Positions 10,168 to 21,008 of a stretch of DNA of 64,000 nucleotides are shown in pieces. The notes beneath the pieces were generated by a model. That model made no database searches and was not told the origin of the DNA. It saw only the letters and a program-made list of their open reading frames with translations. The position numbers and the translations under genes are program-made. Each line of letters begins with the position of its first letter. Within the stretch, counting starts at the first letter, position 1. This DNA comes from a virus: IMG/VR virus record IMGVR_UViG_3300028654_000018, positions 4,508 to 68,507 of that record; one strand, written 5' to 3'.

Positions 10168-11190
10168 TTATTCCCAACCTTCTGGTGGTTCACAGAACTT
10201 AATCTTCGATGCAGGAAATGGATTAGGTTCTGTCTTTTCAATTTTTTTCTTGTCGAATACAATACCTAATTTTTCCAAATTGCGACGACAATCATAAAAG
10301 ATAACAAAACTTTTAATAATCTCACCTATTTCGAATGTTTTCTCAAAGCCAGAAGCAGCTAGTGTAGTTTTATCTCCGAAGCCAGTCCCTAATGGCGAAT
10401 CAGATGCTTTTGCAAACGTAGCTTCTCCTGTAATATGATTACATGGTATACTCGAAGAAGCGTATGATATATTCGTTAAACTGCCTGTCCCACCAGTTAC
10501 CCAAGTATTGGTTATAGCATTCCCGTCCGGACCAATGCTTAATGAATCGCTTCCGAAACCATTATTACCTATATTGCCACCACCAGTTACGGTCGAACAT
10601 CCACCAATGCCAGTTCCATATACAATATACGGATCATAATATGGTCGTGATTTATAGTAAGGTTCGATCCATACAATTTTTTGTGCCGGATAATAAGGAT
10701 AGTATGGCACTGGATATTTGTTAGAATCCTGTTTTTCTTTTAGTTTTTCAACTGCTTCTTTAAGTTCTTCAATCTCTGATTCCTTTTCATCTACTTTTTC
10801 AGCGATCACTATGCAACCGATCACTCCAAGATTATTTGTATTGTTCGTATCTAAAGTTTCGGAATATGAATTCTTTACTTCAGAAAATTTAAATTTAGCT
10901 GCGGCTTTTTCTGATACTATCCATCCAGGAACTGTGATAAAAGATTTCTTTTCTACCAAAAAGCCGATTGAATTTTCAGATGCCGGCAATCCATCGATTA
11001 CAGAAATTCCATCTACACTTATGATAGCGTAAACAGATACATTATTATCGTTTTTTATTTTGATTGAATATTCGGAACCGGATCGTCCTTCGATATAGAT
11101 ACGTTTATTATGATTGTGCTGTGTGATAGGACGATTATTAACAAGTATTTCTAGAGATATATTTTTAGATAGATTGATAGTGTTGGTCAT
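10168..11190 (-). CDS. Conserved hypothetical protein
   Basis: YIEGRSGSEYSI...ISVDGISVIDG...LGVIG domain, low-complexity middle, PNPFP C-terminus; start MTNTI. Confidence 0.65.
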   Translation of the reverse strand: MTNTINLSKNISLEILVNNRPITQHNHNKRIYIEGRSGSEYSIKIKNDNNVSVYAIISVDGISVIDGLPASENSIGFLVEKKSFITVPGWIVSEKAAAKFKFSEVKNSYSETLDTNNTNNLGVIGCIVIAEKVDEKESEIEELKEAVEKLKEKQDSNKYPVPYYPYYPAQKIVWIEPYYKSRPYYDPYIVYGTGIGGCSTVTGGGNIGNNGFGSDSLSIGPDGNAITNTWVTGGTGSLTNISYASSSIPCNHITGEATFAKASDSPLGTGFGDKTTLAASGFEKTFEIGEIIKSFVIFYDCRRNLEKLGIVFDKKKIEKTEPNPFPASKIKFCEPPEGWE

Positions 11191-11366
11191 TTTAGTCTCT
11201 TTCTGCCGACTCACAGTCGGACTTTTAAGTTAAGTGAATGGAGCTTGGCGCTCCACTCGAAGACCTCTCAGTTTGAGCAATTATCGCAACGATACTATGC
11301 TTGACAGGTTCTATTACTTTTATTTATACTATCGCACGTAAAACAATTCAAATTAATATGAGGTCA

Positions 11367-11660
11367 TTATCCAATCACACCAAAAACATCACGTTCTTTA
11401 ACAACTCCGTACTTTTTATTGTTAATCGTAACTTCTTGCAGTGCTGACTTAGGAAATAGAATTACGCTTCCGACAGTTACAGTCATAGGAATAAGAATTC
11501 CTTCTTCTGTTCTGGCTCCTGTGCCAACCGCAAGAACTTTTGCTTCTACTTCGGTCTTGTTTCTTTCCATGAGAACGATTCCTGATGCGGTAGTTGTTTC
11601 ACTGTTATCTACCTCCACTAAAATACGATCTCCGATTGGGCTTAAATTTACTGGCAACAT
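11367..11660 (-). CDS. groES: Co-chaperonin GroES
   Basis: LSPIGDRILVE, TASGIVL mobile loop, VLAVGTG, ERDVFGVI. Confidence 0.92.
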   Translation of the reverse strand: MLPVNLSPIGDRILVEVDNSETTTASGIVLMERNKTEVEAKVLAVGTGARTEEGILIPMTVTVGSVILFPKSALQEVTINNKKYGVVKERDVFGVIG

Positions 11661-11705
11661 ATTATCCTCCTATTTTTAATTTTTCTATTTGTAGTATGCA
11701 CTTAT

Positions 11706-12270
11706 CTATTTTTATTGCTTTAATCCAATTTAATCCATATTTAAATCTATACGTTGTAATGTATGATGCAATAAATGACATCGGTCCTCCGATAGACATC
11801 AACAAACTAAAAAGTAATTCATCCTTAACAGAAGACACACAATGATACTTTGTTATGAAATATGTAGCTATTCCAGCAAAAGAAAGATATGAACACATTA
11901 GCCAAAATATAATGAATAGAATTGTCATGATCTACTCATCAAATTTGCATTTTTTTATTTGCATTCTTGCTCTTGCTATTTTTATTGCTTTAATCCAATT
12001 TAATCCATATTTAAATCTATACGTTGTAATGTATGATGCAATAAATGACATCGGTCCTCCGATAGACATCAACAAACTAAAAAGTAATTCATCCTTAACA
12101 GAAGACACGCAATGATACTTTGTTATGAAATATGTAACTATTCCAGCAAAAGAAAGATATGAACACATTAGCCAAAATATAATGAATAGAATTGTCATGA
12201 TCTACTCATCAAATTTGCATTTTTTTATTTGCATTCTTGCTCTTGCTATTTTTATTGCTTTAATCCAATT
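11706..12270. repeat. Tandem duplication with 270-bp period spanning three paralogous small membrane-protein genes (11662-11928, 11932-12198, 12202-12465)
   Basis: 11706-11975 and 11976-12245 are near-identical (two substitutions seen); CTATTTTTATTGCTTTAATCCAATT recurs at 11706, 11976 and 12246. Confidence 0.92.
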
Positions 12271-12461
12271 AAAACCATGCTTAAATCTATTGAAAAAGAA
12301 AAATGCAATAATAACAGACAAAGGTCCACCAATAGATATTAAACATAAAACAAAAATATCACAAGCATCAGATAAAAGTTCTGGACAGTCTGTTAATGTA
12401 TCTGTAATCACGGCAGAAGCAGTCAAATAAAAACAAATAGCATAAATGATCAGCATTGTTA

Positions 12462-13091
12462 TCATAGAATTAATTCATTAACTTTCTTTCGCAAATCATC
12501 AATTGAACCGTCATTCTCAATAGTATAATCTAACTCGCTAGACACCCAAGACCATTCACTTGCATGAACTTCTGGATGTAACTCAGTCATGCGTTCTGGC
12601 GTATTTCTTGCTATCTCAAACCATTCTGGATTCGGTCCGCGCTTAATTCTAATAATTTTTCCACCTATACTACGCACAAGATTAATTTCATTCTTAAAAC
12701 GCGCATCAGTAATCACATAACTAGAAGTCAAATCACTTTCGATCTTCTTCATCGCACTTAAAACCCAGATATCTGTATGAAAGTGATCGCGCATTACTTC
12801 TGTGCCCATTAACTGCAGAATTAATCTAGGAGTTACTGATCTTCCTGCAATAAGAGGCAAGTCGCCAATTCTGTTCTGCCATGTAGTATCTACTGCTTCT
12901 CTGAATTCTCTTGATTCAACTGTATCGCCTTCTAATAAATGTCTGGGCCATGAAAATATAGCCGCGACGGCATCTTTTAATGCTCCTGCAAATGCTACTG
13001 ACTTATATTCTTTATCTTGAACTAGAACGTTTGCCGCAGTAGACTTTCCTGCCGAGATTAATCCTACGAAACCTATTACTTGACGTGTCAT
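12462..13091 (-). CDS. Deoxynucleoside monophosphate kinase (T4 gp1-like)
   Basis: GLISAGKST P-loop, FAGALKD, TPRLILQLMGTE, ITDARFKNE and HASE motifs. Confidence 0.9.
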   Translation of the reverse strand: MTRQVIGFVGLISAGKSTAANVLVQDKEYKSVAFAGALKDAVAAIFSWPRHLLEGDTVESREFREAVDTTWQNRIGDLPLIAGRSVTPRLILQLMGTEVMRDHFHTDIWVLSAMKKIESDLTSSYVITDARFKNEINLVRSIGGKIIRIKRGPNPEWFEIARNTPERMTELHPEVHASEWSWVSSELDYTIENDGSIDDLRKKVNELIL

Positions 13092-13112
13092 TTTATTCCT
13101 TTATATTATTAA

Positions 13113-13625
13113 TTACATCAATTCCACTTTGCCATCTTCCGATTTAACTTTTCTTGCACTCTTATGCTTAAATTCTTCAATTTCATTTGGAAATACTGCG
13201 CCATTTTCTCTTGCAACGTTAGCACATACTTCATCAAACCACAAATTAACAACTCGTTCTTGTGTTTCTGCTATATAGCCAGATTCTACCAACTGTTTAA
13301 CAAATACTTCATTCCAATCAAGCTCAAAATACCCATCCGATGGCTTTTCTGGATTCATATGAACTTTAACAACTGTGATATATGGCTCACTATTAAATGT
13401 TGCTTTCTTCTTTTCATATTCCGATTCAGTGACGCGATTAAACTTTTTATCAATTTCTAGATGCGCCAAATTTTTACCATTTTCGTCATTGACTCCGCTA
13501 AAGTCGATATCGACAAGCGCACGTTCTAAGTTTTCGCCGTAGAAAGTTCTCTTGGCTTTAAAACGAGCTTTATCCTTGCCCGTCAACATCCAATTTTTTG
13601 GGTTCATGATAGATTCTTTAAACAT
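13113..13625 (-). CDS. Hypothetical protein
   Basis: ORF track; FELDWN...LWF motif. Confidence 0.6.
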   Translation of the reverse strand: MFKESIMNPKNWMLTGKDKARFKAKRTFYGENLERALVDIDFSGVNDENGKNLAHLEIDKKFNRVTESEYEKKKATFNSEPYITVVKVHMNPEKPSDGYFELDWNEVFVKQLVESGYIAETQERVVNLWFDEVCANVARENGAVFPNEIEEFKHKSARKVKSEDGKVELM

Positions 13626-14926
13626 AACCTAACTCCTTTGCTCTTTCTAAGACATAAATCGGAGACAATAATGAAACAATTCCGTTTATGTTATTTTTTA
13701 AAATCACACTATTCACATTTTCAATACAGAACACACCATTTGATGTGAGTGTAAATTTTTTTCCTTGTTCGAGACTATTATACAAGTTCATGAATGAAAA
13801 AACAAATTCTTCTTCTGAAAAAAACCTTAGTCTTGTGTTGCTTCTGTAAGTTTCTGATCTTTTTGGTTCTAACTCTATGATAAATGTAGATTCTATTAAT
13901 TGTGCTTCAACCATATCGTAATTAATTGGATAGTTGACAACATAAGAATTACCAACAACAGAAGGAGAAATCCCAGAACTTGAAGTATTGGTAATCGCCG
14001 GACCCGCTTGCACACCCTGTTGCATTGCCGCATCAGCATTTATTTTTGATGTTGGCATTATTCCACTACTTCTTCAATTTCGGGATCAGGCAAATGTAAT
14101 CTTCCACATTCTTGATAAAAATCCCATAATTCTTTGCTAATTTTCGTTGCTCTATCATATAAATCTTTATTGTGATACACCGACGGATGCTCAAGTATAT
14201 TACGTTCAATATTATCGTGCGCTAAAAATGCACTATGAAGAATTTCGTGAAAAGAAAATGAACCTGGTCCAATATCAATATCTTCACGGTCAAACTCTTT
14301 TGCGTCATCTGCCCATTCTTTAATACGGTCAATGCGCAGTTGCTCATTTTCATCAATGTCAGACATGATATCTCCTATTTCTTTGTGATATTAACACAAA
14401 TTATCGATAAAAACAAAAATTAAATCTTCTTACTCTTGAAAAAGTCAGATCCGTTGAATAGGATGATTTCTTCGTCATATTTTTCTTCGGCATCATTCCA
14501 ATGATTTACGCTGATCGTAGCGCAATTTTCCGGATCAGTTATACCAAAACCTAGATATTCTATAATGCCATAACAGTCAAATAGCGCATCTTGATATGTT
14601 TTATATGTCTGTTGACTATGAATATCGATTAATTTACCTGAATCTGTAAAAACTTCTAATGCATAATACCATTTATCCTCTTCTGGATCCTGATATGCCG
14701 ACATAGAGCAATTATAATCCGTGACGAGAATATAATTATCTTCGGTTATAACAATTTCACCAGAATTATCCAGAACATCATCGTTTATTTCAGAATCAAT
14801 TTCCGATGCGGTCAACAAAATCTCGGTCATTTTATCCGAAGTTTTCTTTACCTTTTTAACACTAGATTTGATTTTCTTTTTTTGATTACCCTTAGTTTTC
14901 GTCGTTGTTTTCTTTTTAATAGCCAT
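13618..14926 (-). CDS. Three hypothetical proteins (13618-14058, 14058-14366, 14420-14926)
   Basis: Closely packed co-directional ORFs. Confidence 0.55.
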
Positions 14927-14927
14927 G

Positions 14928-15863
14928 TTAAATCCTTTCGGGGTAATCTTTGGGTAACGTATAAATTTTCATACCATAATCATTAATGCCGTCGGGAATA
15001 ATGACTCCTGGCTTTCTTTTTAATTTAGTATCTTTAAATGGAAGATAATTTACGTGATGATGCTCTCTGCCATATTTCCAAACTAATTCAGTATATTTCG
15101 GATAGACTTCAGCCAGCATTCTACTTTTTGGCGCAGTTCCCTCATTAGAATAAAACTCAGCACTATTCCCACCGCCGATTGTTTGCGTTCGCATTTTGTC
15201 TTGGAGAAATGCATTAAACTGTACTGTACAAAAGCCCTCGGTAAGTATATCAAGACTTAAAATAGTATCTTCATTATAACGACCACGCCAACGAAATGGA
15301 CGACCATCGCGCCACTTGGCATCATTTCTGATAAGATTACACGAATAAATGCGAGTATTCATAACGTATGGCGGCATTGCTGCATTCTGTGATGCGAATC
15401 CACGATAATTTGGTCCAGCCATCATTACATTTTCATATCGATCACAAAAATCTTCCATTGCACGAAAACCCGTGGAATCTCCCAGTTTTACTTTAAGATT
15501 ATTATTCAATCGAAGAAAATTACTAATGTTGTCATCGGCAACCCAATGCCAGTCAAATCCATTTTTAATTGAATGATCCCATATAAAATTACGTGCGGGA
15601 CCAGGACCAGTTGATTTTGTTAGACCCAAATTATCGCATAATTCATAGGTAGATTTGTACGTTTCATCCAGCACCAGCAATGAAGCGTACCTTTTTGCGC
15701 CAGTTTCAATCTCGTGCTGTTTTAACGCACTATCATACGTGTCATACTCTTGGTCTTCGATAACAAGAAAATGCGGCATCCTCATAAAAGTAAGTGCTTT
15801 ACTTGTCAAACGGGTATCTGCTCTCCCCTTAGTAGGGATATAAAACGGGTATTTATTTTCCAT
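14928..15863 (-). CDS. TET-associated/GREB1-like (TAGT) glycosyltransferase, probable DNA base modification
   Basis: IPTKGRA, ARNFIWD, WVADDNI (DxD-like), YSCNL, WRGRYNEDT and GGN motifs. Confidence 0.7.
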   Translation of the reverse strand: MENKYPFYIPTKGRADTRLTSKALTFMRMPHFLVIEDQEYDTYDSALKQHEIETGAKRYASLLVLDETYKSTYELCDNLGLTKSTGPGPARNFIWDHSIKNGFDWHWVADDNISNFLRLNNNLKVKLGDSTGFRAMEDFCDRYENVMMAGPNYRGFASQNAAMPPYVMNTRIYSCNLIRNDAKWRDGRPFRWRGRYNEDTILSLDILTEGFCTVQFNAFLQDKMRTQTIGGGNSAEFYSNEGTAPKSRMLAEVYPKYTELVWKYGREHHHVNYLPFKDTKLKRKPGVIIPDGINDYGMKIYTLPKDYPERI

Positions 15864-15882
15864 CTGATTCCTCGTCGAGAAT

Positions 15883-16191
15883 TTATTCTAAATTTTCGTT
15901 CTTAATATCTTCGGACACAGTTTCCGAATCATAAATGAATAAGTCACTCAGTTTATTTTTTTCACGTTCTGGGAACCAGACAGACTTGGTCTTATTCGTA
16001 TACGTTTGATTAATCAGTTTAAAAAATTCTTTCATGCCAGCTTCGTCTTCAAACGATACAATGACTTGATGATATGCTTCGTTGCATGGCTGATTGAATT
16101 CCGGCATTCCTCGCCATTCTTCGTCAACGTCTCCAGAATAGTCAAAATCAAAAATGTCAGGCAATCTACTTTTCTTTTTGCTCATGTTCAT
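15883..16191 (-). CDS. Small conserved protein accompanying the glycosyltransferase
   Basis: EWRGMPEF and KTKSVWFP motifs; directly upstream of the glycosyltransferase. Confidence 0.55.
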   Translation of the reverse strand: MNMSKKKSRLPDIFDFDYSGDVDEEWRGMPEFNQPCNEAYHQVIVSFEDEAGMKEFFKLINQTYTNKTKSVWFPEREKNKLSDLFIYDSETVSEDIKNENLE

Positions 16192-16270
16192 GTCCTATTA
16201 ACTATGTTTACTGTAATCAGTATACTGCGTCAGATGATAAAAAGCAAAAATTATTTTGTGGAAGAAAAGA

Positions 16271-16300
16271 AAAAGAGAGGACGCTTATGTCCTCTCTTTT
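16271..16300. terminator. Bidirectional-type intrinsic terminator
   Basis: AAAAGAGAGGAC-GCTTAT-GTCCTCTCTTTT perfect inverted repeat. Confidence 0.8.
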
Positions 16301-16320
16301 TAATCAGTTATACTTCGATC

Positions 16321-16650
16321 TTATACGTTAGTCTTCTGCGTCTGTGTATTCTTGACATCAACGAGAACCAGAGCGGAACCGATGCCAACTGCATTTGCAG
16401 CAGCTACAACACTATTGAGCCATGCTTCTGCATCTGCCATCGAACCAAGCTTTGTCCTGAACAATGTCTTGCTCGAACGACCTTCGATGAGCGTCAACGA
16501 CTGAAACAATGGGCTTGTCTTCAACGTTTCAAGTTCTGCAACTCGCTTCTTCGACAAATAAACTTGGGCTTCTGCACCACCACGCTTACGAAGTTCTACA
16601 CTAGCATGAACTCCACGCGAAATCTTCCTATGAACATATCTCTCCGACAT
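16321..16650 (-). CDS. Hypothetical basic protein, stand-alone unit
   Basis: AGGAG SD, TTGACA promoter upstream, terminator downstream. Confidence 0.7.
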   Translation of the reverse strand: MSERYVHRKISRGVHASVELRKRGGAEAQVYLSKKRVAELETLKTSPLFQSLTLIEGRSSKTLFRTKLGSMADAEAWLNSVVAAANAVGIGSALVLVDVKNTQTQKTNV

Positions 16651-16779
16651 AACTTTTTCTCCTGTTTAATTATTAAGTAACAGCATTGTGCTATTACCAT
16701 CTACAATTAATATATCAGGTAATTATATAATGTCAAGGACTATTTTGAGGTTATTTGAATAATAAAAATTAACTATTTG

Positions 16780-17214
16780 TTAACTAGATTTATCTAATTC
16801 TTTAATCAAATCAGCAACATCAAAGAATACGCCCGAGGCGAACTGGTACATAACATCCCAACGATCTGGCATAGTTCCATTTGTGTCGAACAAAATATAT
16901 CCGGGCTTGCCAGTGCCAATGCAATAACCCAATTCTAAATGTCCGGATTTACCTGCTGGCAATAACAATACCGCCATTTCATTTCTATCAAGATGACTTT
17001 TATCAAATGAGTAAACATTCTTAGCCGCATAACCTGCAAGAGCTTCTTTATAATTATGTCCCTTATTAAGTTCATATTTTTGCCAATAATCATCTGCTTC
17101 TGGACCCGCAGCAAACCAATCGTCGAACACTTCATGTCCTGCATCTCTTAATTTTGCTGCTACTTCTGGGATCGACGGATTTCTTAGAGAACCAATTAGA
17201 TATATTTTTGACAT
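16780..17214 (-). CDS. Nucleoside 2-deoxyribosyltransferase-like protein
   Basis: KIYLIGS, FD-x2-HLD and GKSGHLELGY motifs. Confidence 0.7.
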   Translation of the reverse strand: MSKIYLIGSLRNPSIPEVAAKLRDAGHEVFDDWFAAGPEADDYWQKYELNKGHNYKEALAGYAAKNVYSFDKSHLDRNEMAVLLLPAGKSGHLELGYCIGTGKPGYILFDTNGTMPDRWDVMYQFASGVFFDVADLIKELDKSS

Positions 17215-17260
17215 TATTATTTCCTAGTAAGCGTTAAAAGATAAAAATAATATTACTACG

Positions 17261-17473
17261 TTAGAAGAATGAATGCAAGAAATTCTTCAGCGGATCAAGA
17301 TTATTATGAACATAGAAATAATAAATCACATACAACCAGCCAAATATATAATGCAATATTGCCCATAGTACAGAATGATTTGCACTCCACGATAATATGA
17401 TAGCAAATAATCCACCGATAAATCTAATTATACTGTATATGATGCTTGCTGTTGATTTTTCTTCTTCTTCCAT
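17261..17473 (-). CDS. Small membrane protein
   Basis: SW-x2-NHSVLWAILH...GWLYVIYY; two hydrophobic segments. Confidence 0.6.
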   Translation of the reverse strand: MEEEEKSTASIIYSIIRFIGGLFAIILSWSANHSVLWAILHYIFGWLYVIYYFYVHNNLDPLKNFLHSFF

Positions 17474-17482
17474 TTGTTTCTC

Positions 17483-17974
17483 CTATACTTTAATAATTTC
17501 GTCAAAGCCTTCTGATAAATCGGGCGCGACATAAAAGCCTATCATCTCATCTACTATATTCTGCGGAATATGTTTGCCCGTCTCTTGTTCACGCTTCAAT
17601 AAGCGTCGATTGAGTTCTTCTCGGGAAATATCAAATACAATAGCCGTCTTTTTATATGTTTTAGGCAATCGCGCTAGAACCTTGCGTCTTGCTTTGAGCG
17701 TTTGATTTGTTCTATCGACGATGATGTTTAACTTTTTGTTAATAGATTCTCCGACTTGCTGCTTATACTCTGCTTCGGCCGCATCACGAAACATATTAAA
17801 TGCATCATCATTATAAATCATTCCGGCTTCTTTTGCTAAACGTTCGATGATGTTGTCGGATGATAGAACAACGTAATCGGGATTAGATGTTAAGAAAGTG
17901 TTAACATACGTGGTTTTACCACTGCCGGGCAAACCGATCAGTAAAATAGCATGATTTGCATGTGTCTGTGTCAT
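17483..17974 (-). CDS. P-loop kinase (AAA_33 / polynucleotide kinase-like)
   Basis: GLPGSGKTT, LSSD, IIVDRTN...RRK and EGFD motifs. Confidence 0.85.
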   Translation of the reverse strand: MTQTHANHAILLIGLPGSGKTTYVNTFLTSNPDYVVLSSDNIIERLAKEAGMIYNDDAFNMFRDAAEAEYKQQVGESINKKLNIIVDRTNQTLKARRKVLARLPKTYKKTAIVFDISREELNRRLLKREQETGKHIPQNIVDEMIGFYVAPDLSEGFDEIIKV

Positions 17975-18006
17975 TTTGAATTTATAGCACGAAAATGTTA
18001 AATTGT

Positions 18007-18652
18007 CTACTGATTTTTCAAAGAGCTAATCAGCATAATAAAAGCTGCTTCATCGGCGGCAGTTTTTAAGATTAATGATGAATATACTAATGATCCGGGA
18101 AGATTTCTATATACATCACATTCGATACCAGCAGAATTTAAGTAATTAGTAATAGCATCAAAAGTTTCGTCAGGTAGCCAGTATGCACATTCCCATGTTT
18201 GATTGTATACTTTTCTAAAACTTAACGTATTCGAAAGCATATATTCACAGTCGGCGCTATTCATCATATGGTGGTCTTCCAACTATCATAATTGCCTGTG
18301 CCTCATCGCCATCTGTTTCGAAGCAAATAAAAATATCATCGTCTTTTCTTATCCACGTGAATTTTATATCTCGCTCTTGCAATTCGATCAATTCATCAAA
18401 TGTTAAATGTATGACTTTCCATTTTTTATCTTCGATTTTTTCTAAAGAATGTGCGCCGGAAGGACGCGATTTTATTAATGTAACTAACGGAGATGTACTA
18501 GGATATGCTATCCATGATGCGCTGCCATTAGCAGTTACTGTTAATACACTACCAGACATGGCAGAATTGGATACTGTTAATACGCTACCAGGCATGACAG
18601 AATTTGGTAGTGTAAATGTACTCGATACTGGTGGGAGAATATTAACTGTCAT
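18007..18652 (-). CDS. Two small hypothetical proteins with DEAxF-type C-terminal motif (18007-18282, 18257-18652)
   Basis: ADEAAFIML and GDEAQAIMI. Confidence 0.55.
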
Positions 18653-19233
18653 TTATCCTCGTACCATATTCCGCGTGAGCGAAATAGAAATTCTTGCCAC
18701 TGTTCTATATTTCCATTTTCGTTTAGAAAACCCCAATCTTGTTCTTTTTCTCCCATGAAAAAGAGTGTCCATACATCGCCAACAGACGGGTCTATTTCTA
18801 AACGATGCAATGATGATGCCGAGTTAGTTCTAAAAGAACCAGGACCCCACCACTTTCTTCCGTCTGGAGTATTTTCCCAATATCCACCAGCAAGTATTAA
18901 ACTGGCATACGGCCACGGATGATTATGTACGGGACCTTCATCTGATAGTAATGCATTGTGGAGAGTAACACGCAATTTTGGACGTTCATTGATTAGATAA
19001 TATCTAATTAAATAATCTTCTTTACCGTCGCGTGTTTTGATGACTTTCTTTTCTAGACTTCCTGATTTTGCAGAACCAATCAAATCTTCGACTATACGAT
19101 TCCACTTTTCATTATTTTCTACATTAAGTTGATATGCATCTTTATTATAGAAGTCATCGACTAAAGACCAGACAAAATCCATTGTTTCTGTTTGTAATAC
19201 AGTTGATGCGGATTCTGTGATATTTTGAGACAT
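18649..19233 (-). CDS. Cupin-fold protein
   Basis: HNHPW-x2-ASLILAGGYWE, HRLE, WTLFF and WGF motifs. Confidence 0.7.
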   Translation of the reverse strand: MSQNITESASTVLQTETMDFVWSLVDDFYNKDAYQLNVENNEKWNRIVEDLIGSAKSGSLEKKVIKTRDGKEDYLIRYYLINERPKLRVTLHNALLSDEGPVHNHPWPYASLILAGGYWENTPDGRKWWGPGSFRTNSASSLHRLEIDPSVGDVWTLFFMGEKEQDWGFLNENGNIEQWQEFLFRSRGIWYEDK

Positions 19234-19258
19234 CTATCCTCCAAATATAGCGCAGGTT

Positions 19259-20026
19259 TTATGCTCTTGCGCCGGGCAACTTAAAGTCATATGTAATAAC
19301 GCCAGTATCTACTACAATTTGAATAACGCCGAGATTTGAAAATCTAACGGTGGTATTCGCATTAGCAGCTAGATTCATGATCGTTAAGAAATCAGAGCAG
19401 CGCCAGTGCAACTGCGGATCAACTTTAGATTTAACGCCATCAGAAAATACAAAATTTACCTTCGATGTAGAACCAGACTCATCACCGATATAAAACTTCA
19501 GCAATGATCCGACGGTCTTAATAGAAAAATTCTTTTCTCCGACTTCTGATAAAATAGAAGCAAATGAACTAAATTCATTGATCTTGCTTCGTGCCGGTTG
19601 AATAACTTCTGCATCCCAAATCGGCTCATTCTTCATAGAAACTTGATTTGGGGCTTCACGCTGCAAACGATATACCGCAGTCGATGTTGGCACGCCAAAC
19701 TGAATGTCTGTTGGGACAAGTGGATCAGCTTTAAAATTATTTTGAACTGCGATCTTTAAATTGGAACCAGTCTTTTCATCAATCTGCTCAAGACTAGAAA
19801 ATACATCCACATATCCCTTTAGTACCTTTAAATTTGGCATACCGAATCTACCTTTAAATTCTGGGATAGCTCCTGCCGAAACAGTGGCCTTCATAATAAC
19901 GCGACGTTCTTCATCGATTGCTTCGAATAATGTTGCTTCGTCCGTTCCAGTAACACGAACAATGTTAAAACTTAATGGAACTGAATATGAAACCAAATCC
20001 TTTAGGATATCTTTAATCTGCGTCAT
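19259..20026 (-). CDS. Probable DNA polymerase sliding clamp (gp45-like)
   Basis: 255 aa, alternating beta/alpha pattern, FGMPNL motif, near the DNA polymerase; family call by recollection only. Confidence 0.5.
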   Translation of the reverse strand: MTQIKDILKDLVSYSVPLSFNIVRVTGTDEATLFEAIDEERRVIMKATVSAGAIPEFKGRFGMPNLKVLKGYVDVFSSLEQIDEKTGSNLKIAVQNNFKADPLVPTDIQFGVPTSTAVYRLQREAPNQVSMKNEPIWDAEVIQPARSKINEFSSFASILSEVGEKNFSIKTVGSLLKFYIGDESGSTSKVNFVFSDGVKSKVDPQLHWRCSDFLTIMNLAANANTTVRFSNLGVIQIVVDTGVITYDFKLPGARA

Positions 20027-20096
20027 GGTTATTCTCCTATGTTATTATGTTTTGAGTATATGTTATTGCGACGACTTAAATCAAATTATTATCTGG

Positions 20097-21008
20097 TTAA
20101 TCTAGCAAAAGCTTTTTCTTAACCTCTGTCCACTCACGCTTACTTAGGTCAAAGAAATTCATGACTGCATCTTCCGAACCATGATTTTTAATCATATGCG
20201 CCATTTTATCTTTTGCTGTCATATCAGAACTCAATAATTCCAATACAAGAGATTTTTCCATGCGGGATAGATGCATTCCGTTACGAGAATAATCTTCGAA
20301 TGCTTCTACCGCAATTGGTACTATGGGTTTAATTAAATCATAGATAGCCTGAGCATATTGCTGTATCTCCCATTGGGCGTGGGAGTCTATGCGTAAATTA
20401 ATAAAATGTAATAGATTCTTTAAATCCATCTTCCATACTAATTTTGAATATAGATTTGCCGGTAAAACAATTCTCGATAATTCTCTCGATACTCCTTGTC
20501 GATCTTCTACAGATCCCGTATAATAAACATCAGAAGTAGTTTTTGATACGCTATATTCATTGAGCAATAATTTATAGCTATCGAGTGCTTCTGCTGAAAT
20601 ATCACGCATAATAGATTGCGCAAATTCTGCTTCTGCTTCTGACAATACTCCTTCAGAACCTTGATTATTTGATTTTGACTGTGGTTGTAGTCTATCTAAG
20701 TCCGGAATATAAAATTCATCGGTTGCTTCAGAATATCGTAAACTAGCCTGATTAATACTGGCAGTCCGATGGCGAAGTTGCTGCTGAATAATAAAAAGCG
20801 GCATCTTCAATTCAAAAATAAATTCTACCATCTCGATTGGACTAGTATGTTGATTCCTAATCAAATATCTAATTAATGCACGATCATCAGAAACTTTTGT
20901 AGTTCCTTTATCGTATGATACTCTGGCGGCATTTGCAATAGATGCATCATTGCCCATCGAATCTATTAGGCGAACATATCCGTGATCCAAAACTTTAATC
21001 TCGTTCAT
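20097..21008 (-). CDS. thyX: Flavin-dependent thymidylate synthase
   Basis: AARVSY, HTSPIE, RHRTASINQASLRY signature, LRIDSHAQWEIQQYA; start MNEIKV. Confidence 0.95.
   Translation of the reverse strand: MNEIKVLDHGYVRLIDSMGNDASIANAARVSYDKGTTKVSDDRALIRYLIRNQHTSPIEMVEFIFELKMPLFIIQQQLRHRTASINQASLRYSEATDEFYIPDLDRLQPQSKSNNQGSEGVLSEAEAEFAQSIMRDISAEALDSYKLLLNEYSVSKTTSDVYYTGSVEDRQGVSRELSRIVLPANLYSKLVWKMDLKNLLHFINLRIDSHAQWEIQQYAQAIYDLIKPIVPIAVEAFEDYSRNGMHLSRMEKSLVLELLSSDMTAKDKMAHMIKNHGSEDAVMNFFDLSKREWTEVKKKLLLD

Noticed and set aside
11195-11275. Hammerhead ribozyme suggested by CTGAGAG...GAAA
   Set aside because: The core does not match CUGANGA and I could not build the three required stems; kept only as a generic structured leader.
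11706-12270. Possible CRISPR array or DGR template/variable repeat pair
   Set aside because: The whole 270-bp unit is duplicated with no unique spacers. There are only two differences and no reverse transcriptase in the window.
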